DNA of 64,000 bases from Scyliorhinus canicula (lineage: Eukaryota). The number at the start of each line of letters is the position of its first letter. Within the stretch, counting starts at the first letter, position 1. Location of the stretch: NCBI RefSeq assembly GCF_902713615.1, contig NW_024055843.1:597065-661064 (forward strand), in the 5' to 3' direction. The notes under the pieces are model-generated. The model was not told the origin of the DNA. It made no database searches and worked only from the letters and a program-made list of their open reading frames with translations. Of the stretch, positions 9,323 to 20,815 are shown in pieces. The translations under genes were made by a program, and so were the position numbers.

Positions 9323-11831
9323 AGGATTTTGTTTTTGAAAATATTTCTATTCAAGAAATTTTCAAGAGTTTTACAACATAAAACAACCCCACAAACCCCG
9401 ACCCCCCAACAGTCAATGGTAACCAACTCCCGAAAATGCATGATGAACAAACCCCAACATTTGTGGAACCCACCAGTCGCCCCTTCAGAGAAAACGTTAC
9501 CTTTTCCAGGGTCAGGAGCCCCAGGAGGTCTCCCCCAACCCCCCTGCCACACCGAGGCACAGGATGGAGAAGCTGACCTCCACCCCAACAAGACCAGCCT
9601 GCGAGCAATCAGCAAGGTGAAGGCTAGAACATCTGCCCCTGCACCCGCCTACAGCTCTGGCTCTTCTGAAACCCGCAAATATGGCTTGTCAGGGACCGGT
9701 CTCCACGTCCACACGTAAAACCCCCAACATGGTGCTGAACACCATCCTGCAAAATCTTTCCAGCTTTGGGCAGGACCAAATATATGTAGGTGATTCGCAG
9801 ACTCCCTCCCACATTGTTCACAGGCATCCTCCAACCCTTCAAACAGCTGGCTCATCCTAAGTTTGTGAGGTGTGCCCTGTACACTACCTTTAGCTGTATC
9901 AGCCCAGGTCTCGCACATGTATTCGAGGCATTTACCCTCCACAGCACATCGCACCATAGACCCTCCTCCAGCACCACCCAACTCTTCTTCCCACTTCACC
10001 TTAACCTCCTCCATGGACACCCCAACCTCCTCCAAGACTCTCCCGTAAATTGCCGAGACAAATCCCCCTCTGACAGCACTGCCTCCAGCAACAAGGCAGG
10101 TGCAAGCGGGAAGGCCTTCTTCGCAAAGTTCAGCACCTGTAATACCTAAAGCTTTTGCCAGCCCAAACGTCTCATCCAACTCCTCCAAACTCGCAAATCG
10201 CCCTCCCAGAAAATCCTTCATTTCCTTAATCCCCCTCCCTTGCCATCCCCGAAACCTTGCATCTATCCTCCCCGCTCTAACGCATGATTCCCTCTGATTG
10301 GCATCTCTCCAAACTAGCTCTGCTGTCTAAACTGCCTCCAGATCTTCAACGTGGCAACCACCACTGGACTCACCGTCTTCTTCCCTGGGGCCATCGGGAA
10401 TAGCACCGTTGACAGCACATGTAACCCCGACCCCTGCAAGAGCCCGCCTCCGTCCTCATCCGCAAAGCCCCCCCCCCCCCCCCCCTCTACTCCAATGCCG
10501 AACCTTCTCTGCATTTGCCGCTCAATAAGAATACAACAAATTTGGGATGCCTAACCCCCTCTGCAGTATTTCCTTCCTAATCCTCGCCATCTTCCCGCCC
10601 AAACAAACAAGGAGATCCGTCTGTCGAGCCTCCTAAAAAACGCTTTGAGCAAAAAGACCGGCAGGCACTGAAACAAAAGCAGGAATCGCTGCAAAACATT
10701 CATCTTTACTGCCTGCATCTGGCCTGCCAATGACAGGGAGATTGTCCCACCTCAGCAAATCAGCCTTCACCCTCCTCACAAAGTAAGTGAAGTTCAACTT
10801 CCAAAGTCCTGCCCAATTTTGGTCCACCTGCACCCCAAATACCAATAATCAGACACTGCCAGGCGAAATGCCCCCCCCCCCCTCCCCACCTCCCACTTTC
10901 GGAGTGGAGACCACAAAATACTCATTATTCCCTGAATTAAATTTTTATCCTGAAAACGTTCCAAATCTCTGGTGCTATTCCATTATATTCCCCACCAAAG
11001 AGCTTGGCTCTGAAATATACAGGAACAAATATTCTGCACTGAAGGACACTCACCACAACCCAAGCTCCTCAGCTCAATAGACAAGAGCTCTATAGCCATT
11101 GCAAACAGAAGAGGGGACCTGGCACATCCCTGTCTCGTTCCCCGGTGCAATGCTAAATACCCAGAGTTCATGCAATTGGTGCGCACGCTCGTCTTTGGCT
11201 CCTTATAAAGAAGCTGCACCCACGCCATAAACTTCGGCCCAATCCCACCATCAAATAACTCCATGCCATTCGATCGAACGCCTTCTCCGCCTCCAATACC
11301 ACCACCTCGGCTCCCTCCACTCTGCCTGAGAGAGCACCACATTTCAAAACTTCCTTACAATAGAGAACGACTGCCTTCCCTTTACGAACCCCGTCTGGCC
11401 TCCCCAATCACCTCTGAGGTACCCTTCCAAGCTTAACACCAACACCATTGACAGTATCTTGGCGTCTACATTCAGCAGAAATATGGGCCTGTACAACCAA
11501 CACTCCACCGGCTCCTTGTCCTTCTTTAGGAAGTGAGACGGTGGCCTGCCCATTGTTTGCAACACGACACCCCTACCCATCGTGTCCTCAAACATTCCCA
11601 CATCAACGGTGCCAGCCATCCTTAAATCTTTTTAAAAATTCGACAAGAAACCAGTCGGGCCCCGCCTCCACCCCTGTCTGCATTCTCCCAATTGCCACCT
11701 CCCCATGCAATTAAACCCAACATACTCAATTATCTTGTCATAGAAGCTCTGGTCCACCAGTAACCCCACATCCATTCTCCACCCTAGCCTCTGGGTTTCC
11801 CCCTTCTCCAGAACTACGTCCATCCAGTGCA

Positions 11832-13617
11832 ATAATTATTATTGTTACAAGTACGCTGACATTAACACTGCAATGAAGTTACTGTGAAAATCCCCTAGTC
11901 GCCACACTCTGGCGCCTGTTCAGGTACACAAATGGAGAATTCAGAATGTCCAAATTACCTAACAAGCATATCTTTCGGGACTTGTGGGATGTTGCTGAAA
12001 ACGCATCACTATTCTTAGAATTCCCCCTATACCAAAAAGGGCCGATATTCTAAATGGTGAACAGGGATTCTCACTCCCTGACTCCGATGCAGATTTCGGT
12101 GGGTGCTATTCAGGTCAAACTATATTTTCAAGTTATCCCCCGGTATAACCCATACCTTCACCGAAGATTTCATCTACTTACCACTTAGTAGCATAGATCC
12201 TGGGTCCCGAATTGCTAAGTAAGTAAAGTAGACTTAGGAATAAACCACTGTTTCAGGTTAACTTAGTTATTTTATTATTATATTTTTTTCTTTTAAAAAG
12301 CTGCAATCACTTTCGTTACAGAAAGGTAAAGGATCTTGCTTCTGGATCCTTCTGGTTGGTTGAAGGGACCTTCAGGCCCAACTTGACAATCAATCTTCTC
12401 TTTAAAATGTTGTCTTCTTTAGATGTATTCGCTGGTGAGCTCGGTTGCTATCTCTTGTCGATCCCATGCACTGAGCTATGAGAGCTGGCTATCTCTGAGC
12501 TGACTCTGCCTCCTCTTTAAATTCTAGTCTTCCCTAGATGTATTAGCTGTTTTAGCTCGGCTGCTATGTCTTATCTTTTCCATGACCGAGCTGGCTGTAA
12601 GCTGACTCTGCTTCTCTTGTTCCTTCTCTCCTTCTCTCGGAGTTCTGGTTCTGGTAGTTCCTGCTCTGGTCTCTGGGCTTATATTCTCTTTCAACAGTTA
12701 TTAAGTTTTTATTACCTTATTGTAAAGTATACTTATTTCACTTTGATTGAAAAACGTATCTTTGATCTAAACGTTCTAATACAACTAAGTATTCATTTTG
12801 ACATGACCTCACCTCTCAGGTCTCTGATTACATTGTTTCCTTTGTGATGTTCAAACTTCCTTGTGATATTCAAAAATGCTTTGGTTTCAAGAGGTGTTAC
12901 TTTTAATTCCTGTAATTTCTATAGTTTTATTTTCCAATTGTGTCCCCAGCTCGTAACTTTGACTTTGATTTTAGCTTTAAATTATGTTTCTCGTAGACTG
13001 ATAGTCTCCAGTTTTCTTTAATTTACCTGATATCGGCAGAACTTCACACTTAGAATTGTCACCAAATTCAACTGAACCTCATCCTTTCCTTTTCCAGCTG
13101 CTTACTAAATAGTTAATTTCAATGAAGGTGTGAATCATTGCTTTTAGCGTAATGCTAAAAATCCACTTGGTTGTAACTTGAAAGGTTTACATTTATCAAC
13201 CAGCTCAACTGAAACCCTCATCCATGCTTTTCCAGATGCTGACTAAGATAGTTACTTTCAATGAAGGTGTGAACCATTGCTTTTAGCTTCATACTAGAAT
13301 CCTGTGTGTTTGCTGAGCCTGCTTGGGAGAAAGAATCTGCATTTTATAATCCTGCTCTTTGCAGCTGCTGTTAACAATTTGTGGGATCTTTCCCTGTATC
13401 CTCTCATGTTTCTCTCAGACCACATATTGCCAGACTTCCATGTTTCAAATGACACATCTTTCCATATTTTCAATAACAGGGAGAAAACCGGAGCACCCGG
13501 AGGAAATCCACGCAGACACGGGGAGAACGTGCAGACTCTGCACAGTGACCCAAGCCGGGAATCGAACCCGGGTCCCTGGCTCTGTGAAGCAACAGTGCTA
13601 CCCACTGTACTACTCTG
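11832..13617 (-). mobile_element. V-SINE inserted in L1 ORF2 and itself split by a solo LTR
   Basis: SINE head at 13479-13617 and tail at 11832-11989 rejoin as ...CTTGTGGGA|GAAAACCGGAGC... Confidence 0.8.
11990..13478. mobile_element. Solo LTR, about 1.49 kb, with 4-bp TSD
   Basis: TGTTGCTGAAAA...TTTTCAATAACA termini (10/12 inverted match); TSD GGGA at 11986-11989 and 13479-13482; no coding motifs seen; internal direct repeat at about 13071 and 13207. Confidence 0.8.
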
Positions 13618-15965
13618 CATGATCCGAGATCACCATTGCTGAGTACTCCGACCTCTCATTTCCAGCAAAATGCACATTTCCAAGAAAAAAATCAATTCTC
13701 GAAAACACCTTGTGTGCCGGGAAGAAAAACAAATACTCCCGAACCCTCGGGTGTAAATATCTCCATGGGTCAACTCCCCCACCATCTCTTTCATGAGCCC
13801 AGCTAATGCCTTTGCCCCCACCCTTGACTACGTCAGCGAGCGCGGCTGCAACCTGTGCACCTTTGGTTCCAGCACTTATTCCAATGCCCCCTACTATCGA
13901 CTGACGGGTATCCAGATCCGGGATGGCACCCAGCGCTCTCCACACAAACCCCGCATCGTTACCATCATATACCTGCCCCCCGACCAGCCACCAACTTTTG
14001 CATGTGAAACTTTACCCTCTTCCCCACCAACATCGCCACCCTCCGCCCCCGACTATCGAACTCCGAATGAAACAACTGACTCACCCAACTCTTCTAAAAC
14101 CTCACCTGATCCATTACCCTTTTGTTACCATCGAACCCCTCCCCCTCCCCCCATTCATTTCCTCTTGCAAACACCTCACCCAGTATCGATCCCCTCCTCC
14201 CACCATTCACCCCTCCCAGGTCCATTGAAATCTGCTCCACCAGGCTCCAACAACCACGGCCCCTGACACACCACACTCCCGTTCACTACCCAACCTTTGT
14301 TAGCTCGTGCGATGAACCCCACCAGAGCCCCCGCTCCTCCCCATCCCTTCCTCAGTAACCTTCCTTAAAACAAAGAACAGTACTGAACCTCACCCAGAAT
14401 CAAGAAAAAGCAAAACCCGAAACTCATAGAAACAAACAATTCAAGATGCAGAAAACAAAACTCCCAAACAGAAAGCCTTCCCGAAGACAAACGCTGTCCC
14501 CGTCCCCACCAACCATGTCCAAATCCCAACACACATCTCAGTCCTTCAGCCTTAACTAAGGCCTCCACCGCCTTGAAATAAAAATCCCTTGAATTGTGAG
14601 TCACTCTCAACTTCACAGGTTAGATCACTCCGAATCTCACTCCGCTGCCAATGCCGCCCTCTCCCCGTCAAAGGCCACCCGCCTTCTCTGCAGCTCTGCT
14701 TGGTATATTCACATGTCAACGTCTTCCCACACCTCGCCTCTGCTGTGCCGAGCTCAAAACCCTCTCCTTCACGTGGTCTCTGTGGAAGCAGAATTTACGC
14801 GCCCTTATTGGCTCATTCGCTTTAGGCTTCGGCCTGAGTGACCAATGTGCCCTGTCCAACTCGTAGCGAGAGGGATCTTCCCCCTCCCTCATCAACTCCT
14901 CAAACACCCTCACAAAGTACTCAGTCGGCCTCAGGCCCTCTACCCCCTTGGGCAGGCCCACAATTCTCAAGTTTTGCCTTCTCGATCTGTTCTCCAGGTC
15001 CTGCACCTTGGCTCTGAGCCGCTTATTCACCTCCACCACCCGCCGCAGCTCCTCACTGATAGGTCTGTACTTTGGTTAATATATCTGAAGTGTCGCTGCA
15101 CTAATATATTACTCTGCAGAACTTGAAATTGAGCTTCATGCGTGAAGTAATTTGTCTTTTATTCAGTTAGTTTCAGATGTCTCTTGAACAGGGCAGTTTG
15201 CAAATACAGAGTATTTACAGTTAGTTTTGTCTAAGCAAATACAGAGCACTGAGTTGAATTCAATACAAGCTACAGCTCTTGATCACTTCTTCTAACTGAA
15301 TACACGATGCAGAGAAGTTGAAAATAAATAAAATGGCGGTTCAAAGCGAAAGTGCCGAAAGTAGCTTCAGAAATTAAGTAAGGTGATTCTGGAATGAATT
15401 GTTGAAAATCGGCAGTACTTTTTAAGGTTATGACTATCACCAATGTCTGTCCCCTTTCTGGTTGCGATTGGGTTAAAGTAATTATAGTATTATTTAATTC
15501 GATTGAGATTTCTGTCCACCAAATTTAGGTATGGGGTGATTGAAATACGTCTTTTTTATGAGCCTTATCCGTTGAATGAAAAGTTTCTGGGAACATTGCC
15601 CAGAAACTTTAAATTAACAAAATGTGTCCTTGGTCTGTGTGGCTTCTTTATCTTGATGTTTCTCATGCGATTCAGCATTTTTACTGTCCTGTTTGCAATT
15701 TGGGTTTTTTAACAAATCATTTGAAGAAGCCGTTTTAAATCTTGGGCCATTTATTCTTTTACACTTGTTATAGACTAAAAAGGTAATTTATACTAAAAGG
15801 TAGATTCTATCACTCACTCATCGAGGTGAACACTGGACTTAATGCAATTGATGTCCATTCTATTAATCCTTGTAACTGGGCTGGGGTTTAACATCAATGG
15901 AAATAAATCAGAACTGTCAGAATGAACATGATTCAAGTTCTGGGTTTAATATCAAATCCCTGTAA

Positions 15966-16892
15966 TCACATGTGAACTCTCTGGTGTTTCAGACGATTGG
16001 ATGGATCAGTGAATCCTCTATCACACACGGGGCAGATGAACGGCTTCTCCCCAGAATGGATTCGCTGGTGTTTCATCAAATCCCTTCTGCTTTTAAAGCT
16101 CTTCTCACAGTCAGAACATTGAAATGGTCTCTCATTAGTGTGAACAAGTTTATGTGACCGAAGCTGCGATTTCAAAGCGAATCCCTTCCCACACTCAGCG
16201 CAGGTAAAGGGTTTCTCCCCAGTGTGAACCCGTTGGTGATTCTGAAGACTACATGCATGAGTGAAACTCTTCCCACACTCAGTGCAGATGAATGCTTTCT
16301 CTTCAATGTGAACTTGCTGGTGATCCCGAAGACTAGATGGACGAGTGAAACTCTTCCCACACTCAGTGCAAGCGAATGCCTTCTCTTCAGCGTGAACACG
16401 CTGGTGTCTAAGAAGGAATGTTGATCTAATAAATCCCTTCCCACACACGGAGCAGACAAACGGCCTCTCACCAGTGTGGACAAATTTGTGCTGAGTGAGA
16501 TGGGAAGAGCAAGTGAATCTCTGCCCGCACTCAGAGCAGTGGAATGGTCTCTCCCCAGTGTGAACCTGTAGATGTTCAGTGAGGTGGGATGAACACCGGA
16601 AGCTCTTCCCACACTGAGAGCAGTCGTACGGTTTCTCTCCAGTGTGAAATCGCTGGTGTGTCGTTAGGCTGGATTCCCAGGTGAATTCCTTTCCACAGGT
16701 GGAGCAGGTGAATAGCTTCTCTCTCGTGTGAACACGTTGATGATTAATTAGACCCCCAGCATTCTTATAGCTCTTCCCACAGTCGGAGCAGTTGAAAGTC
16801 CTCTCCCTGGTGTGACTACGTCGATGAATTTCCAGCCCTGATGGGGATCTGAATTCCTTCCCACAGTCCCCACATTTCCACGGTTTCCCCAT
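15966..16892 (-). CDS. C2H2 zinc-finger protein ZNF-B, 11 intact fingers, no KRAB seen
   Basis: 308-aa ORF MGKPWKCGDCG...RVHM*; all 11 fingers keep Cys2His2. Terminal-exon acceptor TTTTACAG|G puts the exon start at about 17756. Confidence 0.9.
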   Translation of the reverse strand: MGKPWKCGDCGKEFRSPSGLEIHRRSHTRERTFNCSDCGKSYKNAGGLINHQRVHTREKLFTCSTCGKEFTWESSLTTHQRFHTGEKPYDCSQCGKSFRCSSHLTEHLQVHTGERPFHCSECGQRFTCSSHLTQHKFVHTGERPFVCSVCGKGFIRSTFLLRHQRVHAEEKAFACTECGKSFTRPSSLRDHQQVHIEEKAFICTECGKSFTHACSLQNHQRVHTGEKPFTCAECGKGFALKSQLRSHKLVHTNERPFQCSDCEKSFKSRRDLMKHQRIHSGEKPFICPVCDRGFTDPSNRLKHQRVHM

Positions 16893-16917
16893 GCTGCCGG
16901 CGTCCTTGTGGTACCAA

Positions 16918-17403
16918 GGCAGTGACGTTGGGGTATTGTACCTGGATTAATAATCTAGAGACCCAGTGTAATGCTCTGGGGACCCAGGTTCGAATCCCAC
17001 CACGGCAGATGGTGAAATCTAAATTCAATAAAGATCTGGAATTAAAGGTCCATGAAACTTCTTAAATTCTTGATTTCTTGAGGAATTAAGGGCTATGGGG
17101 AGAGAGCGGGTAAATGGAGTTGAAATCAACCATGATTGAATGGTGGAGTGGGCTCGATGGGCCGAATGGCCTTACTTCCGCTCCTATGTCTTATGGTCTT
17201 ATGGAAACCATTATCATTTGTTATAAAAACCCATCTGGTTCACTGATGTCCTTCAGGGAAAGAAATCTGCCACCCTTACCTGGTCTGGCCGACATGTGAC
17301 TCCAGATCCATAGCAATGTGGTTGACTCTCAAATGCCTTCAGAGATGGGCAATAAATGCCTCCACAAGCAGTGATGCCCACATCCCATGAACAAACTTTT
17401 TTT
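16918..17403 (+). mobile_element. tRNA-derived SINE (second family) carrying a nested CR1 3' tail at about 17050-17205
   Basis: B box GGTTCGAATCCC; body ...CCATCTGGTTCACTGATGTCC...; SINE sequence resumes at GAAAC after the CR1 tail TCTTATGGTCTTATG. Confidence 0.75.
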
Positions 17404-17869
17404 AAAAACAGGGTGGATATCAGTTGAAGCCTCGTCCACATGCAGACACAAATGTGGTTTCTCCCCACTGTGAATGGTGTGATTTTTTTTTCAGGTTGTG
17501 TAACTGGAACACTCTCACTCGGGTGTGTGCTGTGTGGGTCTCGGTGCTTTTCCAGTCACACTGATGTTTCTACAGTCAGTTCACTGGAACAGTCGAACTG
17601 AAGTGTGTGTTGTCTGGGTCTTGGTGTTTGTCCAGTCACAGTGATGTTTCAGATCCTTGCCCAGAAAGAGAACAGACAAACATTTCTCCTTCCACATTCA
17701 GTGGCTGATGATATTCAGATCCTGATGAACGTGTCAAATCCTCTCCGTCCAATCCCCTGTAAAAGGAGTTGACAGTGTCAGTACCACTTTCATTCAAGGA
17801 TGGAAATTCAGAACAAATAATTCTAATTTCTAGAGCGTATTCTTTCCTCTCTTGTTTCCCCAAATATCA

Positions 17870-18120
17870 TCATAGAATTTACAGTGTAGAAGGAGAAGTT
17901 TGCAGTGGCCCCTGGAAAGTGCACCCCACACTATCCCCCTAACTCAACCTAACCGTTTTTGGACACCAAGGGCAATTTTTCATAGCCAATCCGCCTAACC
18001 TGCACATCTCTGGACTGACAAAGGGAGAAAGTGCAGACTCCACACAGACAGTGACCAAGCCTGGAATCGAACCTGGGACCTTGGAGTTGTGAAGTAACTG
18101 TGCTAACCACTGTGCTACCC
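17870..18120 (-). mobile_element. V-SINE, degenerate
   Basis: Reverse-complement tRNA head GGAATCGAACCTGGGACC and V core. Confidence 0.8.
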
Positions 18121-18164
18121 AATCAAAGTAAAAGAAAGCAAAATCCCAACAAATACAAAGGAAA

Positions 18165-18380
18165 GCTAGGGTACAGTGGTTTACAATGCTGCCTCATGGC
18201 GCTGAGGACCCAGGATCGATCCCGGCCCCAGGTCACTGTCCATGTGGAGTTTGTACATATTCTCCGTGTCTGCGTGGGTCTCACTCCCACAACCCAAAAA
18301 AGATGTTGAGGGTAGGTGGATTGGCCCACTAAATTTGGAAAAACAAATTGGGTACTTTGGGGGAAAAAAAGGATTTTTTT
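18165..18380 (+). mobile_element. V-SINE, A-tailed subfamily
   Basis: GGTCACTGTCCATGTGGAGTTTG core and A/T tail. Confidence 0.8.
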
Positions 18381-18859
18381 TTTAACTAAACCAGAATGTT
18401 GCTTTCAATGTTTCAGAAACACTGAAATGAAAATTGCTTATTGTCACAAGTAGGCTTCAAATGAAGTTACTGTGAAAAGCCCCTAGTTGCCACATTCCGG
18501 CGCCTGTAATCTCCTCCACACACACCCCTTTGAGATCTCTGCACTCATTTAATTCCAGCCACTTCAGCATTCCCGATTTTAATCTTTCCACCATTACTGA
18601 GTTGCCAAGGCCTCAATTTCTGGAATTTCCTCCTTAAAATCTCCGATTCACTTTCCTCCTCATGTGGCTCAGTGTCAATTGCTATTTTGTAACGTTTCTC
18701 TGACAGTCTTAAAAGTTATATTGTGTTCAAGCCACAATATAAATTCGAATTATTGTCACTACCCTGGACATATATTCTGCCCCATAAATAGGAATTTGTA
18801 ACTCAGAGTGAAGCAGTCTGCTGGACATTCTGTCATGAAGAAACGTTTAAAAAATGTTG

Positions 18860-19330
18860 CCCCCAACAATGATGGCTACTGAGCATGCGCTCTGCTGCTC
18901 GTGCCCCAATAAAGATGGCGGATGCGCGTGCGCAGAGCTGCCAGTACCAAATAAAGATGGCGGCCGCAAAGTCTCGTCTGTAACAAAGCTACTGCCTCCG
19001 CTCAGATCCCGAGGCACCGGTTGGTTATTTTTCCGGATTTTCTGTGTAAATAACATGTTCACAAAGCGTGTTTGACGACCCGCCTGATGCATCTCTCCCT
19101 CCATCCTGCCATTCCCACCTTCACGGATTGTGGATCCGAGAACGAACGTTTTTCTGCATCGCCATTAATCACACTGCGCATGTTTCACTCAGCGCTAGTC
19201 CCGCCCCCTCGTTCACGCTGATTGATTGGAGGACCAGTCTATCCCGACCGGTCCTCCGGACCCGCACTCTCTCGTCCTATTGGTCCGGTGCTTCCGTCAA
19301 TCATTGCCTGGGCATTATGAGGCGACAGGT
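18860..19330. promoter_or_regulatory. Bidirectional CpG promoter between ZNF-B (minus) and ZNF-C (plus)
   Basis: Two AAGATGGCGG (YY1) motifs, several GCGCA/TGCGC (NRF1-like) motifs, GC box CCCGCCCC, two ATTGG (CCAAT) boxes. Plus donor CAG|GTGAGA at 19329; possible minus donor AAG|GTGGGA at 19118. Confidence 0.65.
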
Positions 19331-19407
19331 GAGAGGTCAGTGTCGGGGTTTAGAACCCCCAGAGCCGAATGTGAAACATTGAACATTCTCCCCTCTCACT
19401 GTCCGGG

Positions 19408-19575
19408 GGGTGAGTTATTGATACTGACCGTCCCGGAGCCGCTCCTCCCCGGGTTGGCACCAACCCCCCTCCCTGCCGACTAGGCCGTGAATCCCCAGGG
19501 TGAGTTATTGATACTGACCGTCTCGGAGCTGCTGTTCCCCGGGTTGGCACCAACTCATCTCCCTGCCGACTAGAC
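19408..19575. repeat. 90-bp tandem duplication (about 1.9 copies)
   Basis: GGGTGAGTTATTGATACTGACCGTC... recurs at 19408 and 19498. Confidence 0.9.
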
Positions 19576-19649
19576 TTTCAGTGAATTAAAATTTTACCTT
19601 TTGCGTTGATGAGATTCATACCTGGGTCTCTGGAAAATTGTTAAGACCT

Positions 19650-19890
19650 TTTATTTATTTTTTATTTTTTTATAAATTTAGATTACCCAATTATGTTTTC
19701 CAATTAAGGGGCAATTTAGCGTGGCCAATCCACCTACTCTGCACATTTTTTTGGATTGTGGGAGCGAAACCCACGCAGACACGGGGAGAATGTGCAAACT
19801 CCACACGGACAGTGACCCAGAGCCGGGATCGAACCTGGGACCTCAGCGCCGTGAGGCGGTTGTGCTAACCACTAGGCCACCGTGCTGCCC
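19650..19890 (-). mobile_element. V-SINE, A-tailed subfamily, TSD AAATTGTTAA
   Basis: Full-length head and core; 10-bp flanking duplication. Confidence 0.9.
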
Positions 19891-19920
19891 AAATTGTTAA
19901 AACTTAATCATTAAATCATT

Positions 19921-20134
19921 GTAAGAAGTCTTACAACGCCAGGTTAAAGTCCAACAGGTTTGTTTCAAACACGAGCTTTCGGAGCGCAGCTCCTTCCTCA
20001 GATGAATGGACAACCTGAGGAAGGAGCAGTGCTCCGAAAGCTCGTGTTTGAAACAAACCTGTTGGACTTTAACCTGGTGTTGTAAGACTTCTTACAGTGC
20101 TCACCCCAGTCCAACGCTGGCATCTCCACATCAT
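19921..20134. mobile_element. Penelope pseudo-LTR inverted dimer with two hammerhead motifs and a 15-bp TSD
   Basis: Palindrome 19921-20095; ATCATTAAATCATTG at 19907-19921 and 20130-20144, partly overlapping the element ends. Confidence 0.8.
20011..20046 (+). ncRNA. Minimal type I hammerhead ribozyme motif (intact core); partner motif on the minus strand at 19970-20005
   Basis: CUGAGGA-A-GGAGC-AGU-GCUCC-GAAA-GC-UC^GUG; predicted cleavage between 20043 and 20044; stem I weak. Confidence 0.7.
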
Positions 20135-20146
20135 TAAATCATTGAG

Positions 20147-20318
20147 AGGTGGTTTAGCACAGGGCTAAATTGCTGGCTTTGAAAGCAGACCAAGGCAGGC
20201 CAGCAGCACGATTCAATTCCCGTTCCAGCCTCCCAGAACAGGTGCCGGAATGTGGTGACTAGGGGCTTTTCACAGGAACTTCATTTGAAGCCTACTTGTG
20301 ACAAGCAGTTTTCATTTC
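20147..20318 (+). mobile_element. Short (about 190 bp) SINE of a third family
   Basis: GGTTTAGCACAGGGCTAAAT...GGAATGTGG(T/C)GACTAGGGGCTTTTCACAG...TTTTCATTTCA. Near-identical copies at about 37398, 41634, 45420 and 60545. Confidence 0.85.
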
Positions 20319-20623
20319 AAGACAGTAAACAAGATTGTTTTGAACATTTATCTTCAGCAGATAGAAAAATATTGAAAATGGGATAAGGGTTGTTTGGCTG
20401 ACAGTCAATCACTGTCCTGTAAGGTAATGAGTCCTTTTGCTTCCCAATTGGCCGAGGACGGCAGTGTGTCACAAGGATGGATGTGTTGACCGATTAATGG
20501 CTGGAGGATGGAGGGGAGGTCATGTGATCAAACCTCCAGGAATACATTTAATCAAAGTTGGCGAGGAGAGAATGTTGTGAATTTCTGTCCTAAACTGACG
20601 GTGAGGTTTCTGTAAATTTACAG

Positions 20624-20815
20624 GATACTGGAAGAGGTTTAACAGATGGGAAACTCAAACCAAATGTCACATCGCGATCTGATAGAGTCACTCGATCAGA
20701 ACCTGAATATCAGCAGCGTCTAGGTGTGGAAGATAAAAGGTTTGTCTGTTCTGTCTGTGAGGGAAGATTTCAGGTCTCAGTGTGACTGGAAAAGCCCTGA
20801 GATTCAGAAACCCAA
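20624..20815 (+). pseudogene. Relic of a ZNF terminal-exon 5' segment lying in ZNF-C intron 1
   Basis: Acceptor TTTACAG|G, then GGAAACTCAAACCAAA...GATCTGATAGAGTC and GTGTGACTGGAAAAGC, homologous to the exon starts of ZNF-A, -B and -C. No finger array follows. Confidence 0.65.

Larger units (their letters stand above)
9324..15060 (-). mobile_element. Near full-length degenerate L1-clade LINE (ORF1, endonuclease, RT, C-terminal zinc knuckle), interrupted at about 11832-13617
   Basis: ORF1 LRAKVQDLENRSRRQNLRIVGLP (14716-15039); EN FSRIDFFL (13610-13945); RT YRPIFLLNVDAKIL and RGTRQGCARSPLLF; CEQC...HLHIF knuckle; A-rich 3' end near 9324. Confidence 0.88.

Noticed and set aside
16172-16612. Alternative-frame and antisense ORFs over the ZNF arrays (also 23040..23579 and 23122..23487)
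   Set aside because: Typical shadows of 84-bp finger repeats
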